Shown: in pieces, positions 58,168-64,000 of the stretch
Numbering within the stretch: the stretch's first letter is position 1
How the letters are laid out: every line of letters starts with the position of its first letter
Source: an uncultured Ignavibacteriaceae bacterium
GTDB taxonomy: Bacteria; Bacteroidota; Ignavibacteria; UBA10030; BY39
NCBI GenBank assembly: GCA_964581995.1
Contig: CAZOQB010000008.1
Coordinates: 77,278-141,277 of the forward strand
Direction: 5' to 3'
Length of the DNA stretch: 64,000 bases
Position numbers and translations under genes: made by a program
The notes under the pieces: model-generated
The model's database searches: none
What the model was told of the DNA's origin: nothing
What the model saw: the letters and a program-made list of their open reading frames with translations, nothing else

Positions 58168-59346
58168 TTAATTCGCAGGCAAAACCTTTTTTATCACTCT
58201 CAATAAATTCCCGCCTAATATTTTTTTAATATCCATTTCGCTGTACCCTCTCTTAACTAACTCTTTCGTAATCAGTGGGTAATACGAAATATCCTTTATC
58301 CCTTTCGGCGGTACGCTTATACCATCGAAATCCGAACCTAAGCCGACATGGTCAACACCGCCTAATTTTACAATATAATCTATGTGGTCAACTATGTCGC
58401 TTATGGAAGGCAGGATTTTTTGATATTCATCACTCAGCATTTCGCCCGTTGCAATTTCTCTGGAAAAAGAATCACCATTCCATGAATTTTTAAGGGAATC
58501 AATTTTGTGCTTGAATTTTTCTTTCAGTTTTTTTTCTTTATCCTTAAAGGTAGTTTCAAGAAACCACGGTGCAAAATTAACTCCAACCACTCCACCCGAT
58601 TTTGCAATTGCCTTTATCTGGTCATCTTTGAGATTTCGGGAATGCTCGCATATATTCCATACGCATGAATGTGAAGCAATTATCGGATGTTTAGAAGTAT
58701 TAATTATGTCCCAAAAAGTTTTCTCACCCGAATGAGATACATCTATAATTATTCCAAGCTCGTCCATCTTGCGAATGAATTTTTTTCCCAATGCAGTCAA
58801 TCCGCAATGTTTCAGTTTTGATGAAGTTCGAGATTCGTCCGTTGCCGAAGTTGCCCAGCTTGTGCTGTTATTCCAGGTCGGCATTATCGACCGGACACCT
58901 CGTCTGTAAAAATATTCTAAGTTTTCAATCTTATCCTCTAGCGGATGTGCACCCTCCATACTCAGTAACATAGCGATCTTACCATTGCTATTGATTTTCT
59001 CCACATCCTGCGAGTTAACTGCTAATTGTACTTTTTCATTATATTTTTTTGTAAGAGAAATTAATGCCTCAATGTATTTATCTGCTTGTTTAAAATACGA
59101 CGGTAATTTTTTATTCGGTGGTATCCAAACTGAAAAGAAAGCGGCATCAATTCCCCCATCCTTTAATCTGTCTAAGTCCATCTGTCCCTTAACCGTCCGC
59201 TTGCCGAGATCTTCTCCATTAATAATACGCCGCACTGCATCATTGTGTCCATCAATTACAAAAGCTTCACGATGGATTTTTTTATAGTCAGTAGATTGAG
59301 ATAAAGCCATTGTAAAAGGTAGCATAATCAATATTAAATATTTCAT
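58168..59346 (-). CDS. Membrane dipeptidase (M19 family), exported
   Basis: IDGHND, SMEGAH, IDVSH, ASHS, HSRN..D, GLGSDFDG; start reassigned to the ATG at 59346 (MKYLILIML). Confidence 0.92.
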   Translation of the reverse strand: MKYLILIMLPFTMALSQSTDYKKIHREAFVIDGHNDAVRRIINGEDLGKRTVKGQMDLDRLKDGGIDAAFFSVWIPPNKKLPSYFKQADKYIEALISLTKKYNEKVQLAVNSQDVEKINSNGKIAMLLSMEGAHPLEDKIENLEYFYRRGVRSIMPTWNNSTSWATSATDESRTSSKLKHCGLTALGKKFIRKMDELGIIIDVSHSGEKTFWDIINTSKHPIIASHSCVWNICEHSRNLKDDQIKAIAKSGGVVGVNFAPWFLETTFKDKEKKLKEKFKHKIDSLKNSWNGDSFSREIATGEMLSDEYQKILPSISDIVDHIDYIVKLGGVDHVGLGSDFDGISVPPKGIKDISYYPLITKELVKRGYSEMDIKKILGGNLLRVIKKVLPAN

Positions 59347-59422
59347 GAATGTTCCTTGAAAAAAATAAAAGGAGTCCCAATTGCTCAGAACTCCTAAAAA
59401 AAACAATTGTAACGGCAGTGAG

Positions 59423-59626
59423 TTACATTGTTGGTGGTGCTCCACCTTCTTCTTTTGGACCTTTGAGTTCTTGGACTTCTTTACGTATTTCCTGGGCTTT
59501 GCGCTTTAATTCGTTCATTGCCTTACGAACACGTGTTCCAGCCGACTTATTTCCTTTGTCGTAGAACTTGATGAAATCTTTCTCAAAGCTGTCTACTAAT
59601 ACTTTTAATTCTGTGAATTTGCTCAT
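59423..59626 (-). CDS. Histone H1-like (Hc1-type) small protein
   Basis: KFYDKGNKSAGTRVRKAMNELK..AQEIRKEV motif of Bacteroidota/Chlamydia Hc1-like proteins. Confidence 0.75.
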   Translation of the reverse strand: MSKFTELKVLVDSFEKDFIKFYDKGNKSAGTRVRKAMNELKRKAQEIRKEVQELKGPKEEGGAPPTM

Positions 59627-59688
59627 ATATAAACCTCCTAATGTTGATTTTTAATGTTTAACTCGTTTTCCGAGTTGTTATTTGTTAA

Positions 59689-60801
59689 TTAATGGTTATT
59701 TTTTTTACTAATGTATCTTGTGTACTCTTTTTGTAGCCTTTTCAACATAAATTCACGCTTATGGTATAAACGTTTTAATTTTCTCGGTTTCACATTGCCC
59801 AACGCATACGAAGTGATAATCGGGAGGGCTATCGTAGAATCTGAATACACCACAACTGTACCGGATAATTGTTCAGGGTCAACTTTTCCCCAGCTTACGG
59901 CTTCGGAAGGTGTTGCGCCTGATAAACCGCCTGTATCGGGACGTGCGTCTGTAACCTGAAGAAAATAATCGTGTCCTTTTTCATCTATCTTTAAAACTTC
60001 CTGAAGATGCGGCTCAGTTTGAAGCATAAAGTTTTTAGGCGACCCGCCGCCAACAATAAAAACTCCGCTCTTTCCATTGTTGCGCTTCGCGTTTAATACA
60101 ATTGCTGCCGTCTCATTTACATCGGCTAAAACGTTTATTCTTGTTTTATAACCGGACAATGCTATTTCCGCGATATTCATACCGATAGAGCTATCGCCGG
60201 GCGCAGATGTGTAAATAGGAACACCCGCTAAGTATGCAGCTGACAGAATACTGCGGTTTTTAATTTTAAGAACACGCTCACGTTCTAAAATATACCTACC
60301 TATCTTATAATGCAGCTCTGAAGTACTTATTTCAGCTTGAAACTCCGGAAGGCGTATTATTTTTCTAAAAAACTCATCGGTGGAAAGCAGCACATTGTAA
60401 TCAAAAAGAATATCATAAATTCGGACAACACCTTCCTTTCTCAATATCTTATCGTCAAGAAACGGAGAGCCGCGATGCATAGTGTATCCCAATGCAAAAT
60501 GGGCATCGTGATAAAGATTTGCACCCGTGCTTACTATCCAATCTACAAAACCCGATTTAATCAACGGAACGATACACGTACCACCCAACCCTGCCGGTGT
60601 TAGCGCGCCAGTCAAGCTCATTCCAATAGTCACATCGTTTTTTAGCATTAATTGGGTGTATAGATGGGATGCTTCACGCAAACGCCCTGAATTGTACGCT
60701 TGAAAATAATCGTCAACTAATTTTGTAACAGATACATTCTTCGGAATCGGGTCGTAGGTTATTGGTTTTCCTGAAAGAAAGAGATGTTTTGGTTTTTTCA
60801 T
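59689..60801 (-). CDS. Deoxyhypusine synthase-like protein (candidate homospermidine synthase)
   Basis: [35 protein letters not shown] with the catalytic Lys retained. Confidence 0.88.
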   Translation of the reverse strand: MKKPKHLFLSGKPITYDPIPKNVSVTKLVDDYFQAYNSGRLREASHLYTQLMLKNDVTIGMSLTGALTPAGLGGTCIVPLIKSGFVDWIVSTGANLYHDAHFALGYTMHRGSPFLDDKILRKEGVVRIYDILFDYNVLLSTDEFFRKIIRLPEFQAEISTSELHYKIGRYILERERVLKIKNRSILSAAYLAGVPIYTSAPGDSSIGMNIAEIALSGYKTRINVLADVNETAAIVLNAKRNNGKSGVFIVGGGSPKNFMLQTEPHLQEVLKIDEKGHDYFLQVTDARPDTGGLSGATPSEAVSWGKVDPEQLSGTVVVYSDSTIALPIITSYALGNVKPRKLKRLYHKREFMLKRLQKEYTRYISKKNNH

Positions 60802-60934
60802 TAATCCTAATTTAGAAATTGGTGACTTATTTCGATGTAAATATTAGAAATTTTAATGAATAACGCAAGTAAAATCTTCATTTTTTTAAATTTTTTAGAT
60901 GTTTTGAGAAAAATGTGGCGAAAATGGACGAATT

Positions 60935-61774
60935 TCAAGTATTTATATTTTTATCGTGAAGTCGAATTCTCCCCCTTTTCACGTCAAATATATAGAATGG
61001 AATGAATAATAGATTTAAGACAGCACCCATTAAGCCTTTCATACTGACAAGCCAAATTTTTCCGATGAAGATTCCGTTCGTCTGAGATATCGGATCGCTG
61101 AAGAAAAAATTATTCCACAAAATCCAATTAAATTGAAAAAATACTAATACCCAAATAGAATTACTTCGTAAATAAAGCCAGCAGGTGAACAATCCGAGCG
61201 TAAAAATTGAAATTAAATAGGTTGTATTTTCAAACGCAATGATTGTTTTATGATTTTGACTCAAAATAAAGAAGATATACGACAACACCCAGATAAGCGA
61301 ACTAATAATTATCCCCTTTAAATTGGATGTTGATTGGGCGATTTTAGAGAATAAAAATACCCTCCAACCTAACTCGATTAACAACAATGTTGGAATTGAC
61401 CAGAGGAATATCAACGGAAAATCGAAAATGATGCCAATTATTAATGTTTCAATATTTTTTGCATCACCGAATCTGATGAATTTAAAGAGATAACCAACAA
61501 CAATAATAATTGCCGATACAAAAAGTGGATAAGCGATTCCGATAAGCCAATCGGATAATCTGCCAAATTTAAGAAAATTGGATAAAACTTTTTCTTTAGC
61601 AATTAATTTTAGAAAGAAAAGAGCCACCAAACCCGGCATCAATGCGATTATATCAAATGAGAAGCCTAAAACCTCGAGTGTAAAGTCGATCCCATTAAAT
61701 AAATAAAGATACGATAATATCCAGGATCCCAGTAGGACAATTATCGAATAATACCAAATTACGGTTCGTTTCAT
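60935..61774 (-). CDS. CPBP/Abi family intramembrane protein
   Basis: Multi-TM; IELGWRVFL is a degenerate EExxWRG motif. Confidence 0.65.
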   Translation of the reverse strand: MKRTVIWYYSIIVLLGSWILSYLYLFNGIDFTLEVLGFSFDIIALMPGLVALFFLKLIAKEKVLSNFLKFGRLSDWLIGIAYPLFVSAIIIVVGYLFKFIRFGDAKNIETLIIGIIFDFPLIFLWSIPTLLLIELGWRVFLFSKIAQSTSNLKGIIISSLIWVLSYIFFILSQNHKTIIAFENTTYLISIFTLGLFTCWLYLRSNSIWVLVFFQFNWILWNNFFFSDPISQTNGIFIGKIWLVSMKGLMGAVLNLLFIPFYIFDVKRGRIRLHDKNINT

Positions 61775-61795
61775 TATCGATTATTCAAAAATAAA

Positions 61796-62554
61796 TTAAC
61801 CACAGAGTACACTGCCACCGTTGACATTCAGTATTTCACCTACTATGTTGTTCGATAATTCTGAAGCTAGAAATAAAATGGGACCGGCTATTTCTTCAGG
61901 TGTAGCAATTTTACCTCGGGGGATTGTTTTTTCGATTAATCTCAGATATTCTGCATCGTTAAAGACTGGGGTTGTCATGTCAGTAATTACCCAGCCGGGT
62001 GCAACACAATTGACCCATATTCCGTCAGCAATTAATTCAGCGCCTAATGATTTCGTCAAAGCAATAACACCGCCTTTAGATGCAGCGTAATGTGAATGAT
62101 AAGCTTCTCCTCTTTGACCTGCCGTACTCGAAATATTTATCATCTTTCCGTATTTTTGTTTCTTCATAATGGGATATACTGCTTGACACATATTAAATGT
62201 ACCTTTGAGATTGATGTTGATTGTCTCATCCCAAACTTTTTCACTCATTTTTGTGAGAGCGCCGTCAGTCCACACACCGGCATTGTTTACAAGAACATCT
62301 ATCCTGCCAAATTTTTTATAAACTTCTGATACCGTTTTTTTAACATCGGCAAAGTTTGCAACATTGCAACGGACGGCGAGTGCCTCGCGACCGAGTTTAC
62401 GGATTTTTTGTAAAACACTTGCCGCGGCTTTTTTATCATTTTGATAAGTGATAGCCACATCTGCACCGGCTTTTGCAAACATTATGGCAGTTGCAGAGCC
62501 GATGCCTCGTGAGCCGCCGGTTATCAGCACAACTTTGTTTAATAGATTGATCAT
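61796..62554 (-). CDS. SDR oxidoreductase, FabG-like
   Basis: TGGSRGIG, LVNNAG, NISS, YAASK, NCVAPGWV. Confidence 0.93.
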   Translation of the reverse strand: MINLLNKVVLITGGSRGIGSATAIMFAKAGADVAITYQNDKKAAASVLQKIRKLGREALAVRCNVANFADVKKTVSEVYKKFGRIDVLVNNAGVWTDGALTKMSEKVWDETININLKGTFNMCQAVYPIMKKQKYGKMINISSTAGQRGEAYHSHYAASKGGVIALTKSLGAELIADGIWVNCVAPGWVITDMTTPVFNDAEYLRLIEKTIPRGKIATPEEIAGPILFLASELSNNIVGEILNVNGGSVLCG

Positions 62555-62741
62555 CGCTTTACCTTAATTCATAATTCACTCAAGCAAAATATATGTAATA
62601 GCAAGGATTTAAACAAAACCCTAAGATTGGTATTGACAGTTGATTGCAAAAGTTTTATATTTGTAGTGAGTTTTAACATCGGGATTAATATTATGGATAT
62701 GAGCGTTAAAGAGTATATAAAAGAAATAATAACGACATCCT

Positions 62742-62848
62742 GTTCAACGGGACAAGTTATGATGTTTTACAAATATTCCGCAGCCATTCACTCGTCCCGC
62801 AAGGCGTGATGCTTGCTCATAAGCGGCAGCGAAATTGCCCTGTTAAAG
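62742..62848 (+). other. Possible attC-like inverted-arm element
   Basis: GTTCAAC-GGGACAAGTT left arm and AATTGCCCT-GTTAAAG right arm, about 12/17 complementary; 107 nt. Confidence 0.25.
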
Positions 62849-62932
62849 TAATCTCGTCATTGAACATTTTGACTTTGCCAGCCGACCTATTAGTGAGACT
62901 TAATGAATGACGCCGGTAAGATATGAGAAGAA

Positions 62933-63460
62933 TTGCTTGTTTTGCGATGCCAACTTGGTGAGCTTGACGCATTCCGAGACCTAGTAAACCTTATGGAACC
63001 AAGATTACTCTACTATATTCGACGTTTCCTCCGCAACGAGGAAATTTGCTACGACATACTGCAAGAAGTGTGGATTATAGCATTCCAAAAGATTAATGGG
63101 CTGAGAGATCCCAAATCGTTCCGCTCCTGGATTTATCGTATTGCTCATGACAAGGCAGTAACACACATCCGACACGAACTCTCTCGAGAGCAAGCTGAAG
63201 ACAACTACCGAGAGGAACTATTATCTCAGTCAAACGAAATTCATTGGAGTGCTGACAACGCTGCCGAAATTCATCTTCTCATGGACAAGCTTAGCCCTTT
63301 TCATCGTGAGGTTCTTACACTTTTTTTTCTCGAAGAGATGAATTACAATGAAATCGCTAATGTTGTCCAATGTAGTATAGGAACTGTAAAGTCTCGCATT
63401 TATTATGCAAAGGAAGCTCTACGCCGTCTTTTTGTGGAGGAACAAAGTGTCCAACATTGA
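62933..63460 (+). CDS. ECF RNA polymerase sigma factor
   Basis: DILQEVWIIAF..LRDPKSFRSWIYRIAH, region 4 MNYNEIA..GTVKSRIYYAK. Confidence 0.92.
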   Translation: MLVLRCQLGELDAFRDLVNLMEPRLLYYIRRFLRNEEICYDILQEVWIIAFQKINGLRDPKSFRSWIYRIAHDKAVTHIRHELSREQAEDNYREELLSQSNEIHWSADNAAEIHLLMDKLSPFHREVLTLFFLEEMNYNEIANVVQCSIGTVKSRIYYAKEALRRLFVEEQSVQH

Positions 63461-63836
63461 AAATAAAACCTCAATGAGAGATAAACTTATCTCGCTGGAT
63501 GTGCGCACAACCGACCTGTATGTTAAACATCGAAAGGAGATCGAAGCAATGCTTGAAAATCAAAGTCAATTGGTCCGTCGCGAAAGATGGATAAGCGTTC
63601 CCATTTTCATCTTCCTTGTTCTTCTGAGCGTTACTTTTTTCACTGTTGCCGGATTTACAGAAAATCCGAGCCAGAAGATATGGTTCACGTGCATAGCAAT
63701 CTTCATAGCTATCTCAGATGCAACAATTGTCTTGCGCTACCATATCATTCGTATGCGGCTTGAAATGATGAAAGAAATCAAGGAATTGCAGCTCGGCATC
63801 ATTGAGCTAAGTGATAGGATTATAAAAAAGGCGTAA
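63447..63836 (+). CDS. Putative membrane anti-sigma factor
   Basis: GTG start 6 nt after GGAGG, overlapping the sigma stop; two TM helices. Confidence 0.6.
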   Translation: MSNIENKTSMRDKLISLDVRTTDLYVKHRKEIEAMLENQSQLVRRERWISVPIFIFLVLLSVTFFTVAGFTENPSQKIWFTCIAIFIAISDATIVLRYHIIRMRLEMMKEIKELQLGIIELSDRIIKKA

Positions 63837-64000
63837 CAACGATAGTTAGTGTATTTAGTAGAGCTATGCGACATTCGGACCTAAATCAAGTTACCTGGTG
63901 AGGATATGAATAGGATTCAACCACTGACAATTATTAGTTTCGTCTTTATATTTAGTTGACCCTTAAAAACCTAGAAACTCTTTGAAATTGAAATGGAATG

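Noticed and set aside
232-64000. Remaining short antisense or overlapping ORFs in the six-frame track
   Set aside because: They overlap well-supported genes on the other strand or frame and show no recognisable motifs.

Overview
AT-rich 64-kb bacterial chromosome segment. Gene content and order (yicC-gmk-rpoZ-coaBC-udg-dnaB, T9SS C-terminal domain protein, Hc1-like protein) suggest an Ignavibacteria/Chlorobi-Bacteroidota organism; this is inference, not a search result. Most of the window is housekeeping or envelope genes (ruvB, mpg, AddA-like helicase, NFACT, dnaB, pit, queC/queE, rpsU). There are two accessory zones. The first is a small defence patch at 18.4-20.9 kb: N4/N6 methylase, putative endonuclease, attC-like hairpin and a TIR-TM gene. 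The second is an integrase-less island at about 41.2-50.6 kb next to a tRNA-Ile2(CAT). It is built from modules bounded by direct repeats: an identical 30-bp pair, an identical 90-bp structured pair, three copies of the 3' end of a single-chain restriction-modification gene, and a tRNA 3'-half copy with a hairpin inserted in its T-loop. Also notable are an AmmeMemoRadiSam operon whose components carry export-like leaders and flank a membrane spermidine-synthase-like protein, a GltD/PyrK (NfnB/NfnA-like) fusion, an orphan microcompartment-type aldehyde dehydrogenase, and many intergenic REP/MITE-like and 7-nt-periodic elements. All assignments come from reading motifs by eye; no database searches were run.
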